Shown here piece by piece: positions 12,745 to 24,659 of a stretch of DNA of 64,000 bases. Every line of letters begins with the position of its first letter. Position 1 is the stretch's first letter. The notes beneath the pieces are model-generated. The model was not told the DNA's origin, did not search any database, and worked only from the letters and a program-made list of their open reading frames with translations. This DNA comes from Heterodontus francisci (lineage: Eukaryota), in assembly GCF_036365525.1 (NCBI RefSeq), contig NC_090404.1, positions 43,471,544 to 43,535,543 of the forward strand, given 5' to 3'. The translations under genes and the position numbers were made by a program.

Positions 12745-12814
12745 GACCTCATGGTGCAGCAGTAGCGCATCTCACAACAGACAGAAACCACGTGGTAAAG
12801 TCACGTGGGGGTCA
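12745..12814 (+). pseudogene. tRNA-Trp-derived pseudogene
   Basis: GACCTCATGGTGCAGCAGTAGCGCATCT...CAGACAGAA...AAGTCACGTGGGGGTCA versus tRNA-Trp GACCTCGTGGCGCAACGGTAGCGCGTCT...CCAGATCAGAA...AATCACGTCGGGGTCA; CpG-type decay. Confidence 0.7.
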
Positions 12815-12937
12815 CAGAGTTTCCGGAGGGACTGGTTCCTGTATTCGGTGCCGGACATCAGGAGTTGAAATCCAACCAAACTGCTGAGAAAGGAAGGGCT
12901 TTGGTGACGTGCCCAAAAGGGTACCCAACTCAAATGA

Positions 12938-13019
12938 TAGCAGCAGCGGGCCTTGAATTCATGCTTCTGCACAGACTGATACTACAACACAGCACATTAG
13001 ACTGCTCGGCCACGCTGAC
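12938..13019 (-). pseudogene. tRNA-Leu-derived pseudogene
   Basis: Reverse complement GTCAGCGTGGCCGAGCAGTCTAATGTGCTG...CAGTCT...TTCAAGGCCCGCTGCTGCTA; 82 nt, Leu-type D arm and long variable arm. Confidence 0.6.
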
Positions 13020-13225
13020 ACCATACGGCACTTCTGGCTAAGAAAATGTTGTTTGTTGATTAAAAGGGTGCTTTTCTTCAGAATTATCTGTGAATCGAGG
13101 CCTTTGCATTGCAAGATGGAATTTCCAAGCAGAATTTATTCAAACAGCAGGCAAGCGGTTGTATTGTTGAATTGGTCATCCAGGGATCCTGGATAAATCG
13201 ACTTTGATAAGACCATTGAAACATA

Positions 13226-13299
13226 GTTTGGTTAGTTCAGTTGGTTGAAGCATTGTACTTGTGACACCAAGGCAGTGGTTTGAATCCCTGTGTAGGCCA
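13226..13299 (+). pseudogene. tRNA-Ile-derived pseudogene with downstream T-run
   Basis: GTTTGGTTAGTTCAGTTGGTTGAAGC...ACACCAAGGCAGTGGTTTGAATCCCTGTGTAGGCCA versus tRNA-Ile GGCCGGTTAGCTCAGTTGGTTAGAGC...ACGCCAAGGTCGCGGGTTCGATCCCCGTACGGGCCA; 74 nt, followed by a Pol III terminator-like poly-T. Confidence 0.7.
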
Positions 13300-13344
13300 A
13301 TCATTTTTTTTTTCAGGATGATGTGAGCTGTTCGCCTCTGCCCA

Positions 13345-13678
13345 GAAGAGATGGTGGTGTACTGGGGACCTGGGTTCAAATCCTGCCATGGTAGCTTGTA
13401 CTGTTTATATTTAACAAATTAATATGAAGCTAGCCTCAGTCATGGTGCCGTGAAACTGTTACCCATCTGGTTCACTAATGTCCTTCCGTGAAGGAAATCT
13501 ACTGCCCTTATCAGCTCCAGACTACATGTGACTCCAGACCCACAGCAATGTGGTTAACACCAAACTGCCCTCTGAAATTGCCAGACAAATTATTCACATA
13601 TCAAGGGTAATGAGGGATGGGCAACAAATGCTGGTTGTGTCAGTGATGCCCGCATGCTATGAAAGAATTTTAAAAAAG
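13345..13678 (+). mobile_element. tRNA-derived SINE sharing its 3' tail with the LINE at 28570-31050
   Basis: B-box GGGTTCAAATCC, core CATCTGGTTCACTAATGTCC...CCAGACCCACAGCAATGTGGTT, tail CAAGGG...GGATGGGCAACAAATGCTGG...GATGCCC.CAT; a second copy at 56647-57050 (-). Confidence 0.8.
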
Positions 13679-13789
13679 TTTGAGTCCATTAGGAAATTAC
13701 ATTGAATGTTTTTCTGGCTTACCTCTGTACAAATTAACAAATAACTGATTGCCACCCAGGAGATTTAAGGTTCTAAGATGTTCAATTTT

Positions 13790-14090
13790 ATATTCATATT
13801 CGTGATCTGAGCACCGCTGGCCCATCAATGATTGCTCTTGAGAAGTTGGTGGTGAGACACCTTCTTGAACTGCTGCAATCCATGTGGTGTAGGTACACCC
13901 ACAGTGTTGTTAGAGAGACAGTTCTATGATTGTGACCCAGTGACAGTGAACGGTGATATAGTTCCATGTCAGGATGAGGTGTGGTTTGGAGGGGAACTTG
14001 TAGTTGGTGGTGTTCCCATTCATCTGTTGCCCTTGTCCTTCAAGGTGGTAGAGGTCACGGGTTTGGAAGGTGCTGTCGAAGGGGGCTTGT
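13790..14090 (-). mobile_element. 3' fragment of the CR1/L2-group LINE family seen at 28570-31050
   Basis: Reverse complement of the HHLQVPLQ...WNSLPN...HGLQQFKK...HHLLK region. Confidence 0.8.
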
Positions 14091-14311
14091 CTTTATGGGT
14101 GATAATGAAGTGAAAGCTGTAGACTGCAAAAAGATATCAATGGACGAGTGACATGGGCAGAACAGTGGCAATTGGAATTCAAACCAGATAGGTGTGAGGT
14201 GATCCATTTGGGGAAGGCTAACAAGGAAAGGGAATGCACAATAAATGGAAGACATCTAGAGGAACAGAGGGACATTGGAGTGCATGTCTACAGATCGCTG
14301 ATGGCGGCTGT

Positions 14312-17140
14312 TGTTGTCATGCGTCTTTGTGTGGGTATGTCCATCACTTATATACATCATCAGGGAGGGTATGATGTCGTCTGTCACGTGACACAGTAGT
14401 TGGAATGTGTTTGTTGGCCAAGAAAGCCACAGTAGCAAGAGCTCTCCAGCAATATTTGTATATTTCAATCTTCAAATAAAGAACTCACAATATAGTTTAC
14501 CAGTCCTACCTGTGTGATTGGTGAGTTTACGTTTGAAGGATAGAGGAAACACAATATGGTCGCAGTGAATGACTTGTTGAGGATTTTGAGCTTTAATGGC
14601 ACATTGGGAGAGTATCAGATTGAGCTTGGGACTACAGCAGCATTCTGCAAGGGGAGCAGAAGCTGTCAACAGAGCTCCTAGATGATGGCAAGTAAAAGTA
14701 CTGCAGGCAGCCAGATCTGTAACACATTGAAACTTCATGCAGAGAAAAGCAGGAAAGCTTCTTCCTACCTACGAAAGCATGGAAAATCCTGGAAATGTCA
14801 GCAAGATGTCGATTAAATTCCCGTGTATGAATTGGAAAGCTGCAATCCTCTTTCCAAATTTTTCAGACAAAGGGTAGAGTTATGGTTCCTTGATTTGGCT
14901 GCATCAGAACCAGATAAACTAGCAGTCAAAATTAAGATAGCTACTGGAATCGAAGGTCTTCATAGGCTGCAAACCTCAGGTTTATCAGATGATGATCAGA
15001 GAGAAAATATGGGTCAAACTAGAAGACCAACTCCGTATGAAAGTCAATTTCAGGATGTCAGTTGCAATTGATGTCATATCGGCAGCAACCAAAAGAGTCA
15101 ACAGCCCAATTTGTCAGTCGCTGGAGGGACAAAGACAGGGACTGTGACTTTTCTGACGCTGAGTGATCTGAAAGAATTACAGAGTTAATAATAGGATCGG
15201 CACCCATTGAAGCTTTTCAAATGACCTCCTGGAAAATCCAAAGGTCTTGAAATTGAAACTTTATTAAAAGACGGGCACAAATACAAAGCTATCCTTACAG
15301 GCTGACAGAGTTTGCAAACATTATGTACACCTTCAAATACTGTCACAGTAGCCAAGGTGGGAAAATCGAACAAGCTGTGTAGAAGATGTGGACGTATTCA
15401 TCTACCAAGAAGCTGTGCAGCATACCAGGATCACTGTAAAGAATGTGGTATTAAAGGACATTGGGCACACCAGTGTAAGAAACACAGCTCAGAAGTTGTG
15501 GCAAGAAGTCACCAGAAGCAACATAGTGGAAAATATATGTAACACTCTGGCAGAAACACATAGCCTACCAGGTATAGATGCCAGCATACTTACAAAGTCG
15601 CCAACAGAGAGCAGAAAGCATGGAAAATGATGATGGGCACGTTCTTACAAAGGAGACGGGGCAAACATTTCACATTGTAAACATTACCAGGTCCATAGCT
15701 ACAATCATACCACTGGAATGATTTTCAAATATTACTATTGTGTGTCCCAGGAAGAATGGAGAGCACACCTTGAGGGCCAAAATTAACACCAGTGTAAGTG
15801 CCAATATGCTTCCTCTAAGAATACTGAAGGATATGTATCTTCAACATTGGAAGGCAATGGTATAACCATCTACAGGTAAGCCAAATGCATATTATGGATA
15901 ATCAATTCATTGTATCAGTACAATAACACTGAAATACAGCTACATTTAATCATGGTCGTCTTTTATCTCTTTGAAACATAAGGTCCAGCAAAAGCAGGCC
16001 TATCAGCATGCAGAGACCTTAAGCTCATTACTATTCATGGGATCAACAAGGTGCCAGTGGGTATATCAGATATCAAGAACCAATACCACTGAGTCAGTCC
16101 TCAGTTTGAAATCTAAATACCCAGACCAGTTCGATACAATCAGTAGTTTTAAAGGGAAAGCAGTCTTACACCTGGGAGAGGATGCAATTCAGTCAACAGA
16201 CCCTCTGATAATACGCAGCAATCAGATCCAAGGCAAGTTAAAATTGAACTGGACAAACCGGAGCAATACAGTATTATCAGTAAAGTACAACAGCACACGG
16301 ACTGGCGCAGTTCGATTCCGTTTGTGGTAAACAAGGACAGAACAATTAAGCTATGTCTAGACCTGAGACATCTTAAGGAAGCATTGAAAAGATGCCCACA
16401 CAAGATTCCAATTTCAACGTTGAAGGAGTTGAACTCGAAATTTATCTCTGTGAAATTGTTCTTCAAGTTGGATGCGGTGATTAGTCATGGTCTGTTCATC
16501 TGGTAGAAAGCTCACAGAAGTTGACAACATTTCGGACGCCATTCAGAAAGGTACTGTTTTCAAAGATTGCTTTTTGGAGTATAAATCAGCCAGGACTTGT
16601 TCTAACTGGACATGGAATAAATCACTGGAGAGATGCTGGGATGGATTTGCATCACTGATGATATTGCCATGGTTGTCCGGATGAAGGAAAAACACAATCT
16701 CAATTTACAGCTTTTAATGAAAGCAGCACGTCCTGAAGGCCTTGTCTTCAATAGTCAAAAATGCAAGGTGACTGTGCATAACATTAACTTCTTTGGCTCA
16801 ATATATTCAAGCGATGGTATTTGTCTGGATCTTAGCAATTTAGAGGGCATACATTTCATGCCTATTCCAGAACACAGAGAAAATCTCCGGCATTGTCTGG
16901 GATTGTTTAACTTCTTTGCACCGTACATTCCCAAATGTACACAGAAGACAACGTTGCTCCGGGAGTTATTAAGGAAGGAAGTACCAGTCATATGGTAACA
17001 GGAACATCGGCACATGTTTGAGGAGATAAAGTCACTGTCACAGGTATTGTCGTTTCTCCAGTGATACTACCAAAGGAAAGAAACCACCTTGGAGATTGAC
17101 GCATCGCAGAAGGGGCTCGGAGTTTATAATCTGCAGGATG
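14312..17140 (+). mobile_element. Degenerate Gypsy LTR retrotransposon (5' LTR, PBS, gag, protease, RT, start of RNase H), 3'-truncated
   Basis: LTR 14312-14556 followed by a TGG-initiated PBS; gag zinc knuckles CRRCGRIH...CKECGIKGHWAHQC; protease-like INTSVSANMLP; RT CLDLRHLKEALKR and ITDDIA (YxDD position), FNSQKC, LGLFNFFAPYIP; RNase H EIDASQKGLG. Many stops and frameshifts; inserted in a CR1 fragment. Confidence 0.88.
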
Positions 17141-17742
17141 GTCAGGGAGCGTCTGTAAAAAGAGGAGAAATGGGGACTGGTCAGGGAGCGTCGGGAAATG
17201 GAGGAAAATGGGGACTTGTCGGGGAGCATCTGTAAATGGATGAGAAATGGGGATTAGTCAGGGGGTGTCTGTAAATGGAGGAGAAATGGGGACTGGTCAG
17301 GGGGTGTCTGTAAATGGAGGAGCAATGGGGACTGGACAGGGGGTGTCTGTGAATGGAGGAGAAATGGAGACGCTCAGAGAGCGGCTGTAAATGGAGGAGA
17401 AATGGAGACTGGTCAGGGGTGTCTGTGAATGGAGGAGAAATGAGGACTGGTCAGGGGGTGTCTGTAAATTGAGGAGAATTGGGAACTTGTCAGGGGGTGA
17501 CTGTGAATGGAGGAGGAATGGAGACTGCTCAGAGAGCGACTGTAATTGGAGAAGAAATGGCAACTGGGGAAGGATCATCTGTAAATGAAGAAGGAATGGT
17601 GGCTGGGCAGGGACAGTCTGTAAAGGCAGGAGAAATGGAAACTAGTCAGGGTGCATTTGAAATGGAAGAAGAAATGGGGACTGGTCAGGGAGCATCTGTA
17701 AATGGAGGTGAAATGGAGGCTGTTAAATGAGTGTCTGTAAAC
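17140..17742 (+). repeat. 39-bp minisatellite, ~15 copies
   Basis: Unit GTAAATGGAGGAGAAATGGGGACTGGTCAGGGGGTGTCT (period e.g. 17271 to 17310). Confidence 0.92.
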
Positions 17743-17872
17743 AACCTTCACCAGCCCCTCCAACCCCCAACCCCGCTCCGCCTCCCTACTCCCCTCCATA
17801 GAACACTTCATATCAATTCTCAATCCGTCATTGACCTAAATACTTCCAGAGGAGAAAGACATCATGGTAGAT

Positions 17873-18810
17873 GTGAACCCAGCCAGAGTCAGTAGCTTCA
17901 GGGGAGGAGAGGGAGAGAGGAACCTGTGAGTGTAGAACTGAACCCAGCCAGAGTCAGCGCCTTCAGGGGAGGAGAGGGAGAGTGGAACCTCTGAGTGCAG
18001 AACTGAACCAAGCCAGAGTCAGCACTTTCAGGGGAGGAGAGGGAGAGAGGAACTTGTGAGTGTAGAACTGAAACCAGCCAGAGTCAGCACCTTCAGGGGA
18101 GGAGATGGAGAGAGGAATCTGTGAGAGTAGAACGGAAACCAGCCAGAGACAGCACCTTCAGGGGAGGAGAGTGAAAGAGGAATCGGTGAGTGTAGAACTG
18201 AACCCAGCCAGAGTCAGCACCTTCAGGGAAGGAGAGGGAAAGAGCAACCTGTGAGTGTAGAACTGAACCCAGCCAGAGTCAGCACCTTCAGGGGAGGAGA
18301 GGGAGAGAGGAACCTGTGAGTGTAGAACTGAATCCAGCCAGAGTCAGCACCTTCAGGGAAGGAGAGGGAGAGAGGAACCTGTGAGTATAGAACTGAACCC
18401 AGCCAGAGCCAGCACCTTCAGGGGAGGAGAGGGAGAGAGGAATGTGTGAGTGTAGAACTGAACCCAGCCAGAGTCAGCACCTTCAGGGGAGGAGAGGAAG
18501 AGCGGATCCTATGAGTGTAGAACTGAACCCAGCCAGAGTCAGCACCTTCAGGGGAGGAGAGGGAGAGAGGAACATGTGAGTGTAGAACTGAACCCAGCCA
18601 GAGTCAGCACATTCAGGGGAGGAGAGGAAGAGCGGATACTGTGAGTGTAGAACTGAACCCAGCCTGAGTCAGCACCTTCAGGGGAGGAGAGGGAGAGATG
18701 AATGTGTGAGTGTAGAACTGAACCCAGCCAGAGTCAGCACTTCCAGGGGCGGAGAGGGAGAGAGGAAACTGTGAGTGTAGCACTAAACCCAGCCACAGTC
18801 AGCACTTTCT
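17873..18810 (+). repeat. 65-bp minisatellite, ~14 copies, highly homogeneous
   Basis: Unit GAGTGTAGAACTGAACCCAGCCAGAGTCAGCACCTTCAGGGGAGGAGAGGGAGAGAGGAACCTGT (period 18253 to 18318). Confidence 0.95.
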
Positions 18811-19429
18811 GATGAATCAAAGGTTTGTTCCTGCCTGAAACTGTAACTGAAGCTGGTCAGTTGATATTAATGAGGATGGTCGTTGTTGGGGGTGGGGGAG
18901 GGGCTGTGTGGGGGCATGACATGGGGTGTTGTTGGGGAGAAGGGGGACTACATGGGAGATTCAGTTGTGCAACTTTTAAGTTTCAGGTAATGAGATGGGT
19001 TTAGGTTTCAGCACAGGGTGGAGGGAGAATGTGATGGATGGAAATTTACAGTTTTGGGAGAACATGAGAGGAAGAATGTTCCATAGAAACTGGAATTGTC
19101 TGTTCTGAATTTCTACCCTGGACTTACTGTGATGACTTTTGTCATCCTTCCCAAACACGGGACAATTCATTTGTTTCAGCTCCATGGGGACTCACTGGTG
19201 TTCCACCAGGTTAGTGGTCACTACCTAGTTTCACATCTGAATCTGCCCTGCAGTCCCTTCCCTGCCCCATTCCCCGCCCATCCTCAAAAATGACTACTGA
19301 CCAGCTTCAGTTACAGCTTCAGGCAGGAGCAAACCTTTAATTTTCAGAAGGTTCTGATTCTGACTGTGTTAAGTTCTACATGCACTGGTTCCCTCTCTCC
19401 ACCCCCACACCTACTCTCTCCTTTAACAG

Positions 19430-19860
19430 GAGATTAGAAGGTGGGAAGCTGATACCAAACATCTCACCAAGATCAGACAGAGTCACCCGATTCCTCAGGA
19501 CCTGATTAGTATCGTCCTTTGAATGTGTAAGGAAAAAGCACAGCAGGGAGAAACTGGAAAAGTCACTGTGTGGATGAGGCTTTAGCCAATCACCTGGCCT
19601 GTCAATTCTCACTCCCTGGAGAAATGGCTTTAATATTGGGACTATGGGAAGAGATTTGTTCCCCGTTTCAGTTGGAAAATAATTGATGTGACCCAGTGGA
19701 GAGAGGCTGTTCATCTGATCCCAGTGTGGGAAGCGAGTTAAATAATAATCCAACCTGCCAAGGTACCAGCGAGTTCGCTAGTGAATGCAGAGATTGGATT
19801 CTGCTGTTATTGCTGCTGTTAATCACATCCAGGAATGAACCATGTTCATTCTGACAGGTG
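19430..19860 (+). pseudogene. Decayed C2H2 zinc-finger gene terminal exon and 3' UTR
   Basis: Polypyrimidine tract and AG acceptor at 19428-19429; relict finger/linker motifs HSREK..CG*GFSQ, SGERLFI*SQCGKR...SNL.RYQRV with multiple stops. Confidence 0.65.
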
Positions 19861-20329
19861 GGGGTTGTTTCTGCGATTGTTCATAAATCCAATAACTGGG
19901 CTGGAGATTGAGGTTTATTTTTTCTGGATCTGTGTCAAATACAGCAAAATGTGAAAGGTTAATCTATGAAACTCTTACAATACTGTAAAGTACCATGAAT
20001 GCGGCAGATTTCTCTAAAGCAAATGGGAAATAAATTTAATGTTTGTCGCTGGCTATTTCATTTGTATTACTCTGGGAAATAGACCGCATGAACACAGTGG
20101 CCATGTAGTACTGCCTGAGACCAGCAGATAGAGCTGTCTCTTCTTTCAACTCCTGAAAAGTGTGTGACCGTGTCCGAGAGCTGGGTGAGTGAGTGCAGAT
20201 CGGGTTTTAACACATTGCAGCTCAGAGAGAGATCAAAATCTGCCCAGTCCCTGTGGCAGGTCAGGGTCAGACACTGGGCAGACTGAATTTCAGAGGGACA
20301 TCAAAATTTTCCCTCTCCCCGAATTGCTC

Positions 20330-21330
20330 AGGAACACGATCCCCCTACACTACACAGCACTTCAGAGGAGGCATCACAAATTGTACCCTCCCTGGGTCAG
20401 ATCAGAGTCAGACACTGAACACACCGTACCCTCCAGGATCATCACAAACTGCCCCTCCATGGGTCAGCTCAGGGTCAGACACTGAACACACTGCACCCCA
20501 CAGGAACATTGCAAACTGCCCTTCCATGGGACAGCTCAGGGTCAGACACTGAACACACTGCACTCTACAGGAACATCACAAACTGCCCTTCCATGGGACA
20601 GCTCAGGGTCAGACACTGAACACAGTGCGCCCTCCAGGATCATCACAAACTGCCCCTCCATGGGTCAGCTCAGGGTCAGACACTGAACACACTGCACCCC
20701 ACCGGAACATCACAAACTGTCGCCTCCCTGGTTCACTCAGGGGTGCAAACAATACATTCTGGACCCCACGATGAATTGACAAAATGTAGCCTCTCTTGGA
20801 CAGAACTGGGTCAGACTTTGAACATACTGCAACCGACAGGGACATTACATACTGCCAAAACAATGAGATAGCTAAGGATCAGACACCGAGCACACTGTAT
20901 AGCACAGGGACATTGCAAACTGCCCCCTCCCGGGAACAGCTCAGGGTTAGACACTGAACACACTGCACCCCACAAGCACAACACACTGTCCTTCCCTGGG
21001 ACTGCTCAGGGTCAGACACTGAACACACTGCACCCCACAAGCACAACACACTGTCCTTCCCTGGAACAGCTCAGGAACCGACACTGAACACACTGCACTC
21101 CACAAGCACAACACACTGTCCTTCCCTGGGACTGCTCAGGGTCTGACATTGAACACACTGCACCCCACAAGCACAACACACTGTCCTTCCCTGGGACTGC
21201 TCAGGGACAGACACTAAACACACTGCATGCACCAGTGACATCAGTAACTGTCCCCTCCCTGGGACAGTTCAGGGTCAGACACTGAACACACTGAACCTCA
21301 CAGGAACATCACAAACCGTCCCCTCCCTGT
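20330..21330 (+). repeat. ~66-67-bp minisatellite, ~15 copies (diverged in the middle)
   Basis: Unit CAGGGTCAGACACTGAACACACTGCACCCCACAGGAACATCACAAACTGCCCCTCCATGGGACAGCT (period 20471 to 20538). Confidence 0.9.
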
Positions 21331-21779
21331 ATATCTCATTGGTGGAGGTACTGTAGAGGAACGCCAACTGTTCCTCACCTTCTACTCAAGAATCCTCAAT
21401 CTGATTCATGCAGAGTTCACCCCTATTGGCTACAGCCTGAAAAGATAGACAGATCACGGGGGTTTAACAGAACCTGCGGACCTCCCACAGACCCCACTTC
21501 TTCGGCTAACAGACCTGGGACCCTGGATTCTAGGTCTCCCCACGTGTGAAACATCCTCCACCCCCGCTAAGACTAAAGACCCTGCAGGTTGAGCCATAGC
21601 CCTGGTCATTGGGCAATTGATATCCTCATAGGAGAACCAATTCCTCTTCCAGCCCAGAGCCCCCAGGTCCACCCCACTATCACTGTGATGTGCTGTGATT
21701 TACCGTTTCCTACAATAGCTTTCCTCCCTGAAGACACTGGCTATGGCTGGTGCAGAAATACTTAGCAATCAAGTTGGTT

Positions 21780-23230
21780 TTATTTTTTGCAACAGTAATG
21801 CAGTGAGTTAATGAAGGTAATAAGTTTGTTGTGCATCTGAACTTTCCAAAGGTGTATGATGAAGGACAACATCACGGACTTGTCAGCAACATTGAAGCTA
21901 AGGAGATGAAAGAAACAGTGGAAATATGGATACAAAATTGGCTGAGAGCCTTAAGGCAGAGAATACTTCGAATGGTTGTTGTTGAGACTGGAGGGAATCA
22001 TACAGTACTGTTCTCTACGGGCCTATGTCTAGACCATTCTCGGTTTGCTACATATTAATGACCTGGACTTGGACATGCAGGACATAATGTTAAACTTGGT
22101 AGATGACAAAATCTCATAAAAGTAATAAATAGTGAGGAGGAAGTTACAGATTTCAGGATGACATGGGCAGATGGTAAAATGGGCTGATAAGTGGTGGATG
22201 AAATTTAACACAGAGTAGCGTGAAGTAATACAATTTTGTGGATGGGTTTAATAGCAGCAATAACAGCAGAATCCAATCCCTGCAGTTACTAGTGAACTCG
22301 CTGGTATCTTCACAGGAAGAATGAGAAGAGGTAATATGAACTAAATGGGACAATTTTAAAGAGATTGCCTGAACAGAGAGAGCTGAGGGTGTGCATATAC
22401 AAACCTCTGAAGGTGACAGGACAAATTCAGAATTACTGTTTAGGCTCTAACAGGTGAATTGTGTCCAATCTCGCATACCACAGTTTAGAAAGGTAAGGGG
22501 CAGGAGGTTTGGAGGGATTTGAGGGGGAAAAAATCACCCAGAGGGTGGTTGGAATCTGGAACACACTGCCAGAAGGGGTGGTAGAAGCAGGAACCCTCAC
22601 AACATTTAGAAGTATTAAGATGAGCACTTGAAACGCCATAGCATTCAAGGCACCGTCCATGTGCTTGAAAATGGGATTAGATTAGTTAGGTGCTTGATGG
22701 CCAGCACCGACACGCTGGGCCGAAGGGCCTGTTTCTGTGCGGTATAATTCAATGACTCTATGGGAAAGGATGTCAATGCCTTCGTGAGTGTGCCAAGGAG
22801 ATTTACTAGGATGGTACCAGAGATGAAGTATTTCAGTTATACAGAGAGACTTGAGAAACTGTAATTGATCTCCCATGGGCAGAGAAAATTAAGGGGAGAT
22901 TTAATCAAAAAATGTTGATAGTGTGAAGGAGACATTGCTTCCAGTGGCAGGAGGGTCAGTAACCAGAGGACAGAAAAGAAACAATGGCGACATAAGGAAA
23001 GATTCTTTTACCCAGTGACTTGTTGTGATCTGGATTGCACTGAGTTAACTATGGTGGAGGCAGAAGGTGCAATAACTCTCATTAGGGAATTGTATAAATA
23101 CTGGCAGAGGAAATGTCTGCAGTGCTCTGGGGAAATAGTAGTGGAGTAGGATTAATTGGATATAATTGGATAGCTCTTTCATAGAGACAGCACACCCTCG
23201 ATTGACTATATGGTCTCCTTGATTACTACA
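21780..23230 (+). mobile_element. Old CR1 LINE fragment with a nested younger CR1 3' end (~22490-22760)
   Basis: Degenerate RT (WIQNWL, YINDLDL, WWMKFN) and CR1 3' UTR; the nested piece matches the 3' end of the 705-2105/51210-52570 subfamily. Confidence 0.8.
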
Positions 23231-23588
23231 TGATCCAATGTTTCTAAGATTCATGTGAGACGTTGGTTGTTACAGAGAAGCCTGCCTACCACCCCCTCCA
23301 CCCCTCGAGGAATTGAATCCTGATGATGATAACTGCATTTCTACACTCTGTTCTGCCCATCCCCCACCACCCCGTGTAGTCAGTTGTCACACAGTCCTGT
23401 GGATGTGCTTTGGACTGCAATCCCCCGATGTTCCATTGCCCTCACGGGTATTCATCGCTGAAATCTGATTTGTGAGAGCTGTACTACCGGAAGATTCCAG
23501 GACTATTTGCGTATTCTCCCTCGTACCCACGTAGTGTTTACCTGAACTCTCTGTGGCTGTGATTTTTCAACTTCTGGAACACAAGATC

Positions 23589-23921
23589 CTGGCACAGTGG
23601 TGCAGTGGTTAACACCACAGCCTCGCAGCTCTAGCAGCCCGGGTTTGATTCTGGGTACTGCCTGTCCGGCGTTTGCAAGTTTCCCCTGTGACCACGTGGG
23701 TTCTCGCTACGTGCTCTGGCTTCCTCCCACAGCCAAAGACTTGCAGGGTGATAGGTAAATTGGCCATTATAAATTGTCCTAATAGAGGTAGGTGGTGGGG
23801 ATGTGGTAGGAATATGGGATTAATGCAGGATTAGTATAAATGGGTGGTTGATGCTCAGCACAGACTCGGTGGGCTGAAGGGCCTGTTTCAGTGCTGTATC
23901 TCTAAATTAAACTAAACTAAA
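23589..23921 (+). mobile_element. V-SINE (HE1-like)
   Basis: Collinear with the 9688-10032 copy; (CTAAA)n tail. Confidence 0.9.
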
Positions 23922-24110
23922 TCAACAACTTTCAGCCTCCAGTATGTCCTGCAATATTTCCAGCCACTCCTCAAGTTCAGAAATCCTGAGCTGTAACGGG
24001 AGTGGCCAGAGAGACTGCCGGTGCATGCAGTTTCTGGGACACATGGAGTGTCCTGAAGTTCCCATTTGGCAGAGGATGTAAAGGCTTTCAACTGCCCTGC
24101 CATATTTCCA
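23922..24110 (-). mobile_element. CR1 ORF1 fragment (zinc finger/coiled coil)
   Basis: ORF 23922-24113 ...LQLRISELEEWLEILQDILEAES resembles the CR1 ORF1 coiled coil that follows the Cys motif. Confidence 0.5.
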
Positions 24111-24195
24111 CAATTTACTATCTACCTAGTGTAAATCAGCCACGCAATTATCTGGCCCTAGATCTTTCCAAGCATTTTAAACTCATTCATTACGG

Positions 24196-24437
24196 ATTCT
24201 TCTCCTCCTTCTTCTTTGGCCTCCTTATCTCGAGAGACAATGGGTAAGCGACTGGAGGTGGTCAGTGGTGTGTGGAGCAACGACTGGAGTGGCTATAAAG
24301 GCCAATTCTAGAGTGACAGGCTCTTCCACAGGTGCTGCAGAAAAATTTGTTTGTCGGGGCTGTTACACAGTTGGCTCTCCCCTTGCGCTTTTGTCTTTTT
24401 TCATGCCAACTGCTAAGTCTCTTCAACTCGCCACACT
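24196..24437 (-). mobile_element. RTE-clade LINE 3' end
   Basis: Reverse complement encodes KRQKRKGRANC...FFCSTCGRACHSRIGLYSHSSRC (RTE C-terminal zinc finger), then a short UTR and (AGA)n-type tail. Confidence 0.85.
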
Positions 24438-24659
24438 ACAGCATTAATATGGTTCGATCTTCAAAGTATCGGTGCAAATATTGCCAAGGTATCTGAAGTC
24501 TGCCTGATGCTGACAATTCAGAGGTGCTTACTGTCTGTTCGCTCAGCAGTTCATACAAGGAATTATTGTATTTATTCTGCATCACTGCCTGTCTGTGTGT
24601 TTTTAATTGCATTAAGCGAAATATGACAATATGTTTTGCTAAATTTCCAAAGGTGACAT

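Noticed and set aside
18809-18842. CTGATGA...GAAAC hammerhead-like core at the end of the 65-bp satellite
   Set aside because: Stem II cannot pair properly and the inverted copy lacks the core.
17140-21330. Regular repeats as a CRISPR-like array or repeat-protein ORFs (e.g. 17297-17578, 20253-20552)
   Set aside because: Head-to-tail units without unique spacers in a vertebrate genome; the ORFs are by-products of the repeat, with stops and frame changes.
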